Source of the DNA: a virus
DNA length: 64,000 bases
Direction: 5' to 3' (one strand)
Virus record (IMG/VR): IMGVR_UViG_3300021963_008193
Location: 10,966-74,965 of that record
Part shown: piece after piece, positions 29,600-40,212 of the stretch
Position numbering within the stretch: position 1 is the stretch's first letter
Layout of the letters: every line of letters starts with the position of its first letter
Translations under genes and position numbers: made by a program
Notes under the pieces: model-generated
What the model saw: the letters and a program-made list of their open reading frames with translations, nothing else
The model's database searches: none
Told to the model about the DNA's origin: nothing

Positions 29600-30190
29600 T
29601 TATATTCCTGTTGAACCGAACCCATTATCTCCTCGGTCTTTTTCGTTTATTTTATTTTTTTGTACTAAATTAACCCATTTACCATTAACAACAGGACAAA
29701 GGACTGCTTGTCCTATTTTCATACCTTTAGTGATTGTTACAGGATGATTATTCGTATTAAAAATAATTCCTTTAACTTCACCCGTATAACCATTATCAAC
29801 AGTCCCTGGAGAATTTAAAATCATTAGTCCTTGATTAATAGCTAAACCGCTTTTTGACCTAACTTGAATTTCGTATCCGTCTTTAATGTCAAATGACAAT
29901 CCTGTCGGAACTAACGCTCTCCCAAATGAGGGGATAATTACCTCCTCAATAGCATGTAAATCAAACCCCGAATCTGTTTCGTAATTATATTTTGGTGTAT
30001 ACGCTTCAGGATTTAATTTGATAAACCCTAAATCTAATTGTGGCGTATAGTTCTCCATTTCCTCTTCTAATGATTTCATATCAAGACCATGTTCTTGTAA
30101 TATTTTGTCATAGTCTAACTCAGAATCATCGGTTTGTAATAGATATTCTTGTAGTTTTTCTGATTGTTCTTTTAGTGAATCTAAATTCAT
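29600..30190 (-). CDS. dut: Trimeric dUTPase with acidic N-terminal extension
   Basis: SGFDL, R.KSGLA, NSPGTVD.GYTGE, IGQAV and RG..GFGSTG motifs. Confidence 0.95.
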   Translation of the reverse strand: MNLDSLKEQSEKLQEYLLQTDDSELDYDKILQEHGLDMKSLEEEMENYTPQLDLGFIKLNPEAYTPKYNYETDSGFDLHAIEEVIIPSFGRALVPTGLSFDIKDGYEIQVRSKSGLAINQGLMILNSPGTVDNGYTGEVKGIIFNTNNHPVTITKGMKIGQAVLCPVVNGKWVNLVQKNKINEKDRGDNGFGSTGI

Positions 30191-30900
30191 TATTCTAATT
30201 CTTTTAATTTTTTAATAACATCAATTAATACTTGAACATCTCGTTCACAGTATTCAGATATTTCTTTTAACATACTCTTTTCCCAATAACATTCGTGAAC
30301 TTTATCTCCTGTAACATCTCCGTCCTTAGGTGATGGAACTTCCATACAAGTACACATTAAGTCTAAAGAACCAATTGATGTGTAGGACCCGTATTGCCAA
30401 ATTTCTTTGGTATCGATAGCCTTAATTTCCCATGGTTTTGTGTCGTAAGACGGTAAAATTGATGGTGGTAATAAACCATTAACAATCATACGTTTTGCCA
30501 ACATAGGGATATCAAAATTCTTCAAGTTATGACCACATAAAAAGAAGTCTAATTTACCGCATCTTTCAAGTAGTTTCTGAACACCTTTTAATAAAGTTTT
30601 TTCATCATCGTCAGAAAATGTTTGTGATTTAGTTTCTCCGTTATCCATAACGAATGCGACACTAACACAAACTATTTTAGCGAACTCGGGAACAAGTGCC
30701 GCTCTTCTTTTAAACATATAATTTTTAGAATCAATGTCTACCGACGCGTCTTCAGGGAATCTTTTTTGGAACCAATCAAAATATTTATCAAATTGATTTG
30801 CAATTTCAGGATTGAAGTTTTGACATGAGTCATAGTCAGGACATGCTCCAACCGTCTCAATGTCCAAAAATAAAATTTTGGTAATAGGTATTTTAATCAT
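30190..30900 (-). CDS. Stand-alone 3'-5' exonuclease (PolB-exo-related, DEDD)
   Basis: FLDIET, GHNLKNFDIP and YCERDV motifs. Confidence 0.88.
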   Translation of the reverse strand: MIKIPITKILFLDIETVGACPDYDSCQNFNPEIANQFDKYFDWFQKRFPEDASVDIDSKNYMFKRRAALVPEFAKIVCVSVAFVMDNGETKSQTFSDDDEKTLLKGVQKLLERCGKLDFFLCGHNLKNFDIPMLAKRMIVNGLLPPSILPSYDTKPWEIKAIDTKEIWQYGSYTSIGSLDLMCTCMEVPSPKDGDVTGDKVHECYWEKSMLKEISEYCERDVQVLIDVIKKLKELE

Positions 30901-30903
30901 AAA

Positions 30904-32121
30904 TTATTTAATTAAAGATTTGTAAAATTCTGCTCTTGTTTTAGTTACAACTCTAAGGTCATAAGTGTCTTTAACAGTTTCATAAAGACGTTCACCCATA
31001 TCAGTAATCAAATTAGGGTTGTTAACCAATTTCTTAATAAACTTACTCCAATCTCCATGGTTTCTATTTTCTTGGACCAACATAGCATTACCATCAACAA
31101 ATTCACCATTTTTTAAACAGTGTTTAAGGTCGATAGTATAAGGACCAACCTCAGAAGCAATTATCGCTTTTTTATAGAACCCCGCCTCAATAACTTTAAG
31201 TTGAGACTTCATTCTATTAAAGATATGATTTTTAATTGGTGCTAATGAAATGTCGAATTTAGAATAATTCATTGCGTATGATGTAACGGGTTTTGTCCAA
31301 ACCCGTTGGTATGGTAATGAAATTCCTGAATCATAATTACTTTCTTTAAATTCCATTAGGAAGTTTTTATAATCGTTACCAATTATCTTATAGTTGTCTG
31401 TGAAAATTTCTTCATATTTCGACCAAACAGTTTCTTCAGGTTTAATAGGTCTTTGATTCTTTTCACCTGTCTGTTTATTAATCTCGGTGATTGTTCCTCT
31501 CGTATCAAAACCACACAAAACATATTGTATTTTTTGAGTTAGGTCATTATTTTTAGAAACAAAACCATTCAATAATTTTAAATCGTGTAAGTGAGAAGAA
31601 CCTCCTAACCAACCAATTCTAATTCTATCAGACTCCTCTGAAGGTTGTTTAAACTGAGATTCATTTGGGTCTATTGCGTTAGGTAATACTATTACGTTTT
31701 TATTAACTTTACGGATTTCATTAGCAAATAAAACTGTTGTAGTTGTAACATAATCAGCTTCTCGTAAATTAGCAACAATTTTTTCGTGTATCTTGTCTTG
31801 AACAATGATACTATGTATTGGGTGTTCCATAGTTGGTAACCAATAATCATCAATATCTACAATAGTTATAATTCCCATAGATTTTAGGTTCTTAATAATC
31901 ATTGGGGTGTGTTCATATATGTTTCCAATATTTCTATGGACATGAACTATTTGATACTGTTTCCAATAATTTGGGTCATTAATCCTCGGCTCATAATCGA
32001 TATCTACATGGAAGTCATCATTATACATGTTTTGTAACATTACGTGAGGGTCCACAGAACGAAATTTACCCACACCTGTTTTATCTGAAGGGAGTACTAA
32101 TACTTTAATCTTTTGTGTCAT
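30904..32121 (-). CDS. GT-B (GT4-like) glycosyltransferase
   Basis: DIDDYW, VLPNAID, IGWLGGSSH..DL, DISLAP...FN.MKS.LK.IEAG motifs. Confidence 0.88.
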   Translation of the reverse strand: MTQKIKVLVLPSDKTGVGKFRSVDPHVMLQNMYNDDFHVDIDYEPRINDPNYWKQYQIVHVHRNIGNIYEHTPMIIKNLKSMGIITIVDIDDYWLPTMEHPIHSIIVQDKIHEKIVANLREADYVTTTTVLFANEIRKVNKNVIVLPNAIDPNESQFKQPSEESDRIRIGWLGGSSHLHDLKLLNGFVSKNNDLTQKIQYVLCGFDTRGTITEINKQTGEKNQRPIKPEETVWSKYEEIFTDNYKIIGNDYKNFLMEFKESNYDSGISLPYQRVWTKPVTSYAMNYSKFDISLAPIKNHIFNRMKSQLKVIEAGFYKKAIIASEVGPYTIDLKHCLKNGEFVDGNAMLVQENRNHGDWSKFIKKLVNNPNLITDMGERLYETVKDTYDLRVVTKTRAEFYKSLIK

Positions 32122-32180
32122 AGTTTTCTTTTATTAAAAAAATATAACACGAAAAGGATAGATTATCAACTGTACTAAAT

Positions 32181-32206
32181 AAAAAATCCCCACCGTTAAG
32201 TGAGGA
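32181..32206 (-). terminator. Intrinsic terminator
   Basis: Minus strand TCCTCAC-TTAACG-GTGGGGA-TTTTTT. Confidence 0.7.
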
Positions 32207-32226
32207 CCATATTTTTGTTTTTAAAA

Positions 32227-32805
32227 TTATTGTACTTTTCTAATTTTAGTTACCTTACCTTCAAATATGTGTTTACCTACTTTAAATGAGATAGTTTCAT
32301 TTGATTTACTAGTTGATTCTGTTAATAAACCATTTTCAGATAAAACTTCTTCAACCACTTCTCTCATCATCTGTCTCATCATTTTCATATCGATAGAAGA
32401 TGACTGTTGTTGTGTTTGAGGTTGTTGTTTTGTTTGAGTGGGATTACTACCCGTATTCATTAATCTACTTGCTTTCTCAACTAAGTCATTTGATAACGAT
32501 GGTCCCGTCATTGAATCAGGTTGACTAATAGGGTGTTCAATCATTAACATTTTAATCTCATCAGGTAATTTTGACGACATGATTCTTTCTTTAGATGATG
32601 ATTGAGGCATTGGGTTCATTGGGATGTTACTTTCTTGTAAAATGTCGGATGGTAAATTATAATTTGCCGTTGGAGCCGAATAATCTTCTACCATTGGTGC
32701 GGTTAATACATTTCCTTGAACACCATTTCTTGGCATTTCACCGTGTTTTTCCATAATTTTTTTAGATACCATTAACCTTTGTATCAATTCATTTTCGTTT
32801 GTCAT
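32227..32805 (-). CDS. Hypothetical protein
   Basis: 192 aa; contains helix MREVVEEVLSENGLLTE|S. Confidence 0.6.
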   Translation of the reverse strand: MTNENELIQRLMVSKKIMEKHGEMPRNGVQGNVLTAPMVEDYSAPTANYNLPSDILQESNIPMNPMPQSSSKERIMSSKLPDEIKMLMIEHPISQPDSMTGPSLSNDLVEKASRLMNTGSNPTQTKQQPQTQQQSSSIDMKMMRQMMREVVEEVLSENGLLTESTSKSNETISFKVGKHIFEGKVTKIRKVQ

Positions 32806-33242
32806 ATTTCATTATTTTCTTCAGGTGTATTTTCTTCAGGTGATGTTTCCTCAGGTGTGTTATCGAAAACCGCATTAATAATTATTCTATTCATACTTCT
32901 ATCACCATTTGGGTTATACCCAGGTCTTAGTTCATTAAATGATTCTCCTGATGGTTTGAAAGAAAGAATTTTATCAACTCTAAACATTCTCCATCCTGGT
33001 AAAGGTTGTTCACCTTTATAAGCGGTATGAGAAGAACCTTCATCATCCCAAGCTCGTAAAACAGGGTTATCCGATTTACTATACCCAAGACATACAGGTT
33101 CAACTGACCTTAATCCTCGACCTCCTGGTTCATCCCCGTCATAATAAATCACTATTTTTTGTTTTTTCTTAATAGCATCAACAATAGAATCGATAGACGC
33201 TACCTCTAAAATAAGTGATTTAGTAATGTTGTAAAGTTTCAT
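32802..33242 (-). CDS. Stand-alone WYL-domain protein
   Basis: I.DAI......I.Y...R.VEP..LG...L.AW...WRMFRVDKI pattern; no HTH domain; leader MKLYNITKSLILE. Confidence 0.85.
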   Translation of the reverse strand: MKLYNITKSLILEVASIDSIVDAIKKKQKIVIYYDGDEPGGRGLRSVEPVCLGYSKSDNPVLRAWDDEGSSHTAYKGEQPLPGWRMFRVDKILSFKPSGESFNELRPGYNPNGDRSMNRIIINAVFDNTPEETSPEENTPEENNEI

Positions 33243-33538
33243 CACGCTGAAGGTGTTGTGTAAGGGTTTGTTGGTTTATATTCATTAATAACGGTTTCTG
33301 CCTTTCTCTCAAGAATGTCTTGAATTGCTCCTGCCGATTGATTATATACATCTAAATCACCACCTGTTCCTTTACCTTTAGTATCACCATCAGCAATAGC
33401 ATCAGGGTTAACAGATGAATATTCATATGCGGTTTGTTTATAATCGTTTTTAGGGATTAGTTTCGCTCTCTCCGCTTCTGCGATTGCGGACAAATCATTT
33501 TTTGGTTGTTCAAAATTTAAAGGTTCAATTGTTGCCAT
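33242..33538 (-). CDS. Hypothetical protein
   Basis: 98 aa; in operon. Confidence 0.6.
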   Translation of the reverse strand: MATIEPLNFEQPKNDLSAIAEAERAKLIPKNDYKQTAYEYSSVNPDAIADGDTKGKGTGGDLDVYNQSAGAIQDILERKAETVINEYKPTNPYTTPSA

Positions 33539-33539
33539 C

Positions 33540-34010
33540 TTAAATTATTTTTTTCATTATGTCGTTTATTCTTCTCAAGCTTTCGGTAACCTGTAAATCG
33601 TAATCACCAATACTTGTTTTATGACTTTTACTTGGTCTATTCATATCCGTAATACCATCTTTTTCATGTGTTTGGATGAATTGATTTGGTAGTACTTCTG
33701 ATTTATTTTGTTTAGTTGTGTGGATACCATCTCTCATGGTCCCCAAAGTATTATGAACCCAATTCTTTACGTAGTGACCACCATTTAAAATATAGGGTAA
33801 TTCGTTTTCATGACCGTCAAAACTATCAAACCAATTCTTCATTCGTTTTAATTGTTGGTAACTAACTTCACGAGTATCTCTTAAATCCTTGTTGCGTTTG
33901 TAACCTTCAGTGTTTTCATCGGCACCATGTGCAGAATCAAAACATTGACCTAAATAGTTTAACACATCTTCAGGTAAGGGAACTTTATGTCCGTATAAAT
34001 CCTTATTCAC
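33540..34010 (-). CDS. Hypothetical protein
   Basis: 156 aa; C-terminal VTE|SLRRINDIMKKII helix. Confidence 0.6.
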   Translation of the reverse strand: MNKDLYGHKVPLPEDVLNYLGQCFDSAHGADENTEGYKRNKDLRDTREVSYQQLKRMKNWFDSFDGHENELPYILNGGHYVKNWVHNTLGTMRDGIHTTKQNKSEVLPNQFIQTHEKDGITDMNRPSKSHKTSIGDYDLQVTESLRRINDIMKKII

Positions 34011-34845
34011 TTGTCTTTAATATACTGATTAATTTATTAATACTAATACCTTCTTTATCCGCCAATTTTTTAATTGACTGTAAGTTCTTAACTAGTATTT
34101 TACTAACACTATTATTTTCATTCTCTCGTCTAACAACATCAGAATTCTCTTTTGATTTTTTAGAAAGAATATCCTCTACCATCTTAATCATTTGTTGTTT
34201 TTCCTGTTCCTCAATACTTTCTTTTTCCGATAGACGTTGTCTTAATTTACCGTTTTTCTTTTTCGCTTTAGGTAATTTGCCTAATTCCTTAGCTCTATGA
34301 ACTGAATTTTCAACACCCATTTTTTTAAGAGTTTTAACGGTGTTGTTAAAATCCATGTCTTGAGTTTCCTCAAAACCAAATGCGTCCGAATAATCAATTT
34401 CTGATACTACATTTTCATCCTCTTCTTCACTTTCACCGTAGTACACTCTAAACCCTCTTGTAATTGGGTCATTAGAAAATCTTGACATTGTTACCGTTTG
34501 GTCCATAGTCTTTCTTGGGTGTAACGCCTGATTTAGGTATGGTGTTCTCGCACTTAAAAAACCTCCATCGGCATCAATTAATTCATCGATTTCGCCAGAC
34601 TTAGTAACATCGTCTAACTCCTTATCAATTTCTTTTTTTGAAACTTTTTTCTTAGAAGTTAAAAACTTATTCATAATATTTTTAACATTTTTTGAATCCT
34701 TCTTTTTGAAATCTTTTTTATCATCTTTCTTTCTTGATTCGGTTAATGTGTCGGCAACAGAGTAATATAAAGAGATTTTGTCACCTTTATCCTTAAGAAA
34801 AAAGTAACAATTGTTATTGAAGTATTCTTTATTAAAATTAATCAT
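34003..34845 (-). CDS. Hypothetical charged protein
   Basis: 280 aa; TATTTAT motif upstream. Confidence 0.6.
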   Translation of the reverse strand: MINFNKEYFNNNCYFFLKDKGDKISLYYSVADTLTESRKKDDKKDFKKKDSKNVKNIMNKFLTSKKKVSKKEIDKELDDVTKSGEIDELIDADGGFLSARTPYLNQALHPRKTMDQTVTMSRFSNDPITRGFRVYYGESEEEDENVVSEIDYSDAFGFEETQDMDFNNTVKTLKKMGVENSVHRAKELGKLPKAKKKNGKLRQRLSEKESIEEQEKQQMIKMVEDILSKKSKENSDVVRRENENNSVSKILVKNLQSIKKLADKEGISINKLISILKTSE

Positions 34846-34858
34846 GTCTTTTTTATCA

Positions 34859-34885
34859 ATAAATACTTCGTTTTAATGTATTTAT
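34859..34885. promoter_or_regulatory. Divergent pair of TATTTAT putative late-promoter motifs
   Basis: Minus copy 34865-34859 and plus copy 34879-34885, lying 13 and 11 nt before their ATGs. Confidence 0.65.
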
Positions 34886-34896
34886 CATAAAAAAAG

Positions 34897-37710
34897 ATGC
34901 CGAGTCAAAATATAAATCAATACGTGTATCCTAACCTATTTCCAAAACTTGCTTTGGAAAGTCACGACATGTCTTTAACATCGGATGAGTTAGGTTTTAA
35001 TCAAGAGGTTGTTTTTTCACCTTATTTGATTGCACAGACTTATGGTAACCGACTTCCTTTTTACTTTGATATTAATAATAGTGAAACGGTACAAAATCTA
35101 AATTTAACTTATAAAAATTATAATCGAAATAATATTTTTGTTTCTCAGAACTATTATAACCCCGATAAAAAAGACTTAACTTGTTTTACAGGGATGAGTT
35201 CTTGTGACATTGGATTAACAGGAATAGATAATGGTTTAGTTACTCAAATGACGGGTCAGACTATTACATTCACTAATGGTTTATTACCTGACACATTAAA
35301 ATTTGATAGGTTAAGTTTTGACAGAAGATTAAAATTATTTCAAGTAACTGGAAACACATCAAACAATATTAGATTCTCAGGGTTCGATAAAACCATTCTA
35401 TATGAGGTTGTAAGTAAATACAGTCCTTATGAAGGTAAATACCATGAATTATATGGTGGGTTTTATCAAGGATTTTATAAGTTATTTGGTTATGATTATG
35501 AAATTTTTCCTGAAAGAATGAACAAAGGATGGGCGGTTGAGATGATTCTAAAACCAAGACTATTCAATGAATATACACCATTACCAAACGAAACAACCTT
35601 AAATGATTTGTACCCTGGTAATAAAAATACTTTCTTTTATTTCGGGACTCGAGCGGAAAATAAATTCTATCATCATGCTGATGGTACTCCAAATTGTTTT
35701 ACAGGTTATACAAGAGTTACGTCTCCTTTAACAGGTTTAAGTACTTGTGCATGTTGTAATAAAACAATCACAGATAGTCGTTGTATCTATGTTTACCCTC
35801 CAAGGTCTGTTGATGGTAAACATGACCCACATATTAATTACGGTTGTAAATTATGTAATGGTGATAAAACAAAAAGTTTAACATGTGGTTGTAATTGTGG
35901 TGATTATGGTTGTGAGGATTGTGGATGGGAATGTCAAACACATGTTTGTCCTCCTGAACCATCACCTACACCAACCCCAACACCGAGCCCAACGCCTACA
36001 AGTGACGGGTGCATCCCAAAACCTGTGTGCACACCAACATGTACAACATGTGATACTTGTACAGATTGTATTGATTGTGCATCTACAGGTTATACTTCAG
36101 TCGAAGATACTTGTGAAAAAGACCCGTTATATGACGCAATGTCAAACGCGTTATCTTTTAGACTTTGTGGTGACCCAAAAAACCCACAAATTGGTGTAAA
36201 AGTTTTAAGGTTTACAGGTGATTGTACAACAACAGGTTCTTGTTCTACATCAGGAATAACATATACAACAGGTTATACGGTAACTGAATATTGTACACCA
36301 CCAATTTATCCAAGATGTCAAAAAGAAAATCCTGCTTGGTTAGAACAAGAACATTGGTTCCAACTTGATGCGGTATGGGAGAGATATACATGGTTGGATT
36401 ACTGCGATTTAAATTATAGGGGTGGTTTAGGTGACATAACAAAAGAATTTTATCTTGAGTCATTAGCCAATAATACTACTTCATTAGTAACTGCACAATA
36501 TACTCATTCAGGAACAACTCCACCACAACAAATCGAACTTGTTAATTTAAACGAGAAATGGTTACTTGATAAACATTATAGAAAAGGTAGATTAAAATTT
36601 TACATTAACGGTAAAATTTTCCATACGTTGGAGGATTTTGAAGAACTTATTCCAAGAGCGTTAAACACTGATAAAGAAAAACAGGTTGGTGTTCCGTTTA
36701 ATGTATCGTGGGGAGGTGGTACTCAAGGACTAAGAGAGAATTTAACGTTCTCATCTATGACATTACCATACGGACCTTATATTCAAGACCCTGAATGTCT
36801 CCCAATTAATGATTTAACAGGTACAACATTTAACGGTTTAAAAACAAATATTCAAATAGAACAAAACTTTGCTGGTAACTTTGAAGGTGGAATTTCCCAA
36901 TTCAGAATGTATGTGGAACCATTATCAGCACCTGAAGTAAAACACAACTTTAAATTATTAAAGAATATCTTTAGGATGTTTAATCCTGATTGTCCTGATT
37001 GTTCGACTGATGTTTGTTTAACTGATGATTTCACTTATGACATTGTTGAAAACCCACAACAATTAGGAAGAATACACATTCCTGATAACAGAGATAACAA
37101 ATATTTGATTGAGAATAAATTAACTTTAAAACCATCATTACTAACCTCAAAAAATTGGGAGGACAATATTTGGTGGGGAAACCAAGGTCAGACACCTATG
37201 TGTGTTGGATATGCTTGGGCTCATTGGATTGAGGATGGCCCAATTACTCACAAGTCAAAAACTCGACCTGTTGTTTCACCAATTCTAATTTATAAAGAAG
37301 CGCAAAAACTTGATGAATGGGTTGGGGAAAATTATGATGGAACATCTGTTAGAGGTGGTGCGAAATATTTAAAAAAGACAGGAAAGATATCATCATATCT
37401 TTGGACATTCGACCTTAATGTTATGATTAATACTGTTTTAACAGTTGGTCCTGTTGTAGTTGGTACTAATTGGTATAACACCATGTTTTATCCTGACCGT
37501 AATGGTCTATTAAGAGTTGGTGGTAGAGTTGCAGGAGGTCATGCTTATGAAATAAATGGTGTTGACACGGTTAAACAATTATTTAGAATCAAAAATAGTT
37601 GGGGTAGAACTTGGGGTCAACAAGGACACGCATATATATCGTTCTCTGATATGAGAAGATTAATTAACGAAAACGGTGAGGTTTGTTTAGCCGTTGAAAA
37701 TAGATTTTAA
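34897..37710 (+). CDS. Putative structural protein: LamG-like and Cys-rich region fused to a C-terminal papain-like (C1) cysteine peptidase
   Basis: LKFYING and F.GGISQFRMY (LamG-like); NQGQTPMCVGYA, GGHAY and IKNSWGRTWG..G.AY give Gln/Cys/His/Asn catalytic residues. Confidence 0.8.
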   Translation: MPSQNINQYVYPNLFPKLALESHDMSLTSDELGFNQEVVFSPYLIAQTYGNRLPFYFDINNSETVQNLNLTYKNYNRNNIFVSQNYYNPDKKDLTCFTGMSSCDIGLTGIDNGLVTQMTGQTITFTNGLLPDTLKFDRLSFDRRLKLFQVTGNTSNNIRFSGFDKTILYEVVSKYSPYEGKYHELYGGFYQGFYKLFGYDYEIFPERMNKGWAVEMILKPRLFNEYTPLPNETTLNDLYPGNKNTFFYFGTRAENKFYHHADGTPNCFTGYTRVTSPLTGLSTCACCNKTITDSRCIYVYPPRSVDGKHDPHINYGCKLCNGDKTKSLTCGCNCGDYGCEDCGWECQTHVCPPEPSPTPTPTPSPTPTSDGCIPKPVCTPTCTTCDTCTDCIDCASTGYTSVEDTCEKDPLYDAMSNALSFRLCGDPKNPQIGVKVLRFTGDCTTTGSCSTSGITYTTGYTVTEYCTPPIYPRCQKENPAWLEQEHWFQLDAVWERYTWLDYCDLNYRGGLGDITKEFYLESLANNTTSLVTAQYTHSGTTPPQQIELVNLNEKWLLDKHYRKGRLKFYINGKIFHTLEDFEELIPRALNTDKEKQVGVPFNVSWGGGTQGLRENLTFSSMTLPYGPYIQDPECLPINDLTGTTFNGLKTNIQIEQNFAGNFEGGISQFRMYVEPLSAPEVKHNFKLLKNIFRMFNPDCPDCSTDVCLTDDFTYDIVENPQQLGRIHIPDNRDNKYLIENKLTLKPSLLTSKNWEDNIWWGNQGQTPMCVGYAWAHWIEDGPITHKSKTRPVVSPILIYKEAQKLDEWVGENYDGTSVRGGAKYLKKTGKISSYLWTFDLNVMINTVLTVGPVVVGTNWYNTMFYPDRNGLLRVGGRVAGGHAYEINGVDTVKQLFRIKNSWGRTWGQQGHAYISFSDMRRLINENGEVCLAVENRF

Positions 37711-37713
37711 AAA

Positions 37714-39255
37714 ATGAGTCAAAGTATTATTATACGAAGTATTAACTACGATGGAGAAATGGCAAACATCCTCTTCAACCCATACGGGGAAGAAACTGTT
37801 TTTAACTTAGGGGACCATAACCTCCCATTCGTATTTAACCCTTCATTATTAGAACCACCAAAAGATGTTTATGGTACATACACTATTTTAGTATTAGGTT
37901 CCGATTGCCCAAATTTTTTAAATGTCCCAAGACCTACACCTACACCTACACCAACTCCGAGCGTTACTAAAACATCAACACCTACTGTTACCCCAACAAT
38001 TACCCCAACACCTACATTTGACCCTTGTAAAGTTCCAACTCAAACACCAACAGTAACTACAAGTCCAACGGTAACACCAACAATGACCATGACACCTAGT
38101 CAAACTTGTACTAATCCTTGTGGATGTCCTGAACCAAGTAAAACACCTAAACCTCGTAAAACACCTACACCTACACCAAGTGCCACAAGTGGGTACTGTT
38201 ATCCTACTCCAACACCTACACAGACAATAACTCCAACAAATACTATAACACCTACACATACTGCGACGCCGACTATAACACCAAGTACATCACCATTAAC
38301 ATGTGATTTTACTTATGAAATTTTAGATGTGACAAATACCCCAACTCCAACCCCAACAATTACACCTACAATATCATTAACTCCCACAATGACCCCAACT
38401 AACACCATTACACCAACCCCTACGGAAAGTCTTACACCAACCCCTACAGTTACACCTACTGAATCATTAACACCAACTCCAACACCTACCATTACTCCAA
38501 CCAATACCCTAACACCAACACCAACAATAACACCTACGGAATCATTAACACCAACGCCAACACCAACAATAACTCCTACGGAATCATTAACACCAACACC
38601 AACACCAACAATAACCCTCACACCAACCTCAACCTTAACCCCAACACCTACGCCTACACCATATAGAAATTTCTTAATTACAAATTTAGATACTGATGGT
38701 TGTGTTGTTTCATCTATTGGAGCTAATTTCAGTACGATGTTTAATTTCTCTTATCCAATTATAAATGGACAAAGTGGTAACGGATTCTTGTATTCAAACA
38801 TTGTAGGAGACTATATGACTTTTACAATAACAGGAGGTACTGTTAATGGTGTTAATGTTTATGAGAATGGTATATTGACTAGCGGATTTACAGGATTTGA
38901 CCCAGTAACGTACACCTACTATCTAACTCAAACTATTGGTGATAATGATTTATTGTACGTTGAGGTATTTAACCCTTTAAATCCACCGAGTCCAACCCCA
39001 ACAATAACCCCTACAATTACACCAACTCAAACAATAACCCCTACAATTACCTCAACTCAAACATTAACCCCAACACCTACCTCGACTCAAACATTAACTC
39101 CAACACCTACCGAAACTTTAACCCCTACCCCGACTATCACACCAACTGAAACATTAACTCCGACTCCAACTCCGACCGATACAGGAAGTTATCTATTACA
39201 AGCAAATGGATTCTTCGTTTTACAGGCGGATGGGTCAAAGATTATAATAACATAA
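37714..39255 (+). CDS. Pro/Thr-repeat fibre-adaptor-like protein
   Basis: N-terminal domain homologous to the 39913 ORF; long PTPT tracts; C-terminal YLLQANG...LQADG motif. Confidence 0.65.
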   Translation: MSQSIIIRSINYDGEMANILFNPYGEETVFNLGDHNLPFVFNPSLLEPPKDVYGTYTILVLGSDCPNFLNVPRPTPTPTPTPSVTKTSTPTVTPTITPTPTFDPCKVPTQTPTVTTSPTVTPTMTMTPSQTCTNPCGCPEPSKTPKPRKTPTPTPSATSGYCYPTPTPTQTITPTNTITPTHTATPTITPSTSPLTCDFTYEILDVTNTPTPTPTITPTISLTPTMTPTNTITPTPTESLTPTPTVTPTESLTPTPTPTITPTNTLTPTPTITPTESLTPTPTPTITPTESLTPTPTPTITLTPTSTLTPTPTPTPYRNFLITNLDTDGCVVSSIGANFSTMFNFSYPIINGQSGNGFLYSNIVGDYMTFTITGGTVNGVNVYENGILTSGFTGFDPVTYTYYLTQTIGDNDLLYVEVFNPLNPPSPTPTITPTITPTQTITPTITSTQTLTPTPTSTQTLTPTPTETLTPTPTITPTETLTPTPTPTDTGSYLLQANGFFVLQADGSKIIIT

Positions 39256-39277
39256 AGTATTTATAAAATAAAAAGAA

Positions 39278-39913
39278 ATGCCGAATTTACCGATATCCTC
39301 ATTACCCGAATTAACCGCAATCACCTCAACTGCAGAATATGTTGTTGAGCTTTCAGGTACAACTTATAAAATAAAACAAGGAACATTATCACCTTTACCA
39401 ACTGTTTATGGTTTATATTCTCAAACCGCAAATAGTGTAACGGTTAGTGCAACAACGGTTGAGTCGACATTAATTGATGGTGGTGTTGGTACGTTAACAG
39501 TGCCTGCAAACGGATTTAAAATTGGTGATAGTTTTAGGGCCGATTTTGGCGGGTTAATATCCGCTAAAAATAATGATACAATTAGAATTAGAGTTAAAAC
39601 AGGGTCGGTCATCCTTGCTGATAGCGGACCTCAAACTATGGTATCATCAACAAATGATGTTTGGCAATTTTCAATAAATTTTACGGTTAGGACTATAGGT
39701 GGACCAGGAGTTGCTTCAATGGTATCGTTAGGAGTATTCCATACAGAAAAACAATCAAACGGTACTCCAAGAGGTTTTGCGTTTAATACAGTAAATAATA
39801 CAACATTTGATACCACCGTTTCAAATACTTTAAATGTTACTGTTGAGTTTAGTAGTAACAGTGGTTTAAACTCAATTTACTCAGATATATTCGTTTTAAA
39901 TAAAATTTATTAA
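39278..39913 (+). CDS. Putative fibre/decoration protein
   Basis: N-terminal MPNLPISSLP motif shared with the 40213 ORF; beta-rich. Confidence 0.55.
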   Translation: MPNLPISSLPELTAITSTAEYVVELSGTTYKIKQGTLSPLPTVYGLYSQTANSVTVSATTVESTLIDGGVGTLTVPANGFKIGDSFRADFGGLISAKNNDTIRIRVKTGSVILADSGPQTMVSSTNDVWQFSINFTVRTIGGPGVASMVSLGVFHTEKQSNGTPRGFAFNTVNNTTFDTTVSNTLNVTVEFSSNSGLNSIYSDIFVLNKIY

Positions 39914-40188
39914 TGAGCACTGTTTTACAAATATTATCTAATAACTATAGTGGACAGTCCGCTGATATAACCTTTTATCCTTGTTCAGGTGGGATTATTA
40001 ATATAGGAACCGTTACGTTACCCTACAACTATTATAGTGATGATTTTACAGGATTGTATTCGATATATATACCTCATTATGATAAAACATGTGAAGTTGA
40101 TGTCCCGTGTACCTCAACGTTATATCTGACAAATGAATCAGGAAATAGACTTATTTCTGAGAATGGGTTCTATATAATCGTAGAATAA
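39913..40188 (+). CDS. Small adaptor-like paralogue of the 37714 ORF
   Basis: I.S.NY.G..A.I.F.P......N.G...LP shared; C-terminal YLTNESGNRLISENG. Confidence 0.6.
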   Translation: MSTVLQILSNNYSGQSADITFYPCSGGIINIGTVTLPYNYYSDDFTGLYSIYIPHYDKTCEVDVPCTSTLYLTNESGNRLISENGFYIIVE

Positions 40189-40212
40189 AGTATTTATAAA
40201 TAAAAAAAGAAA

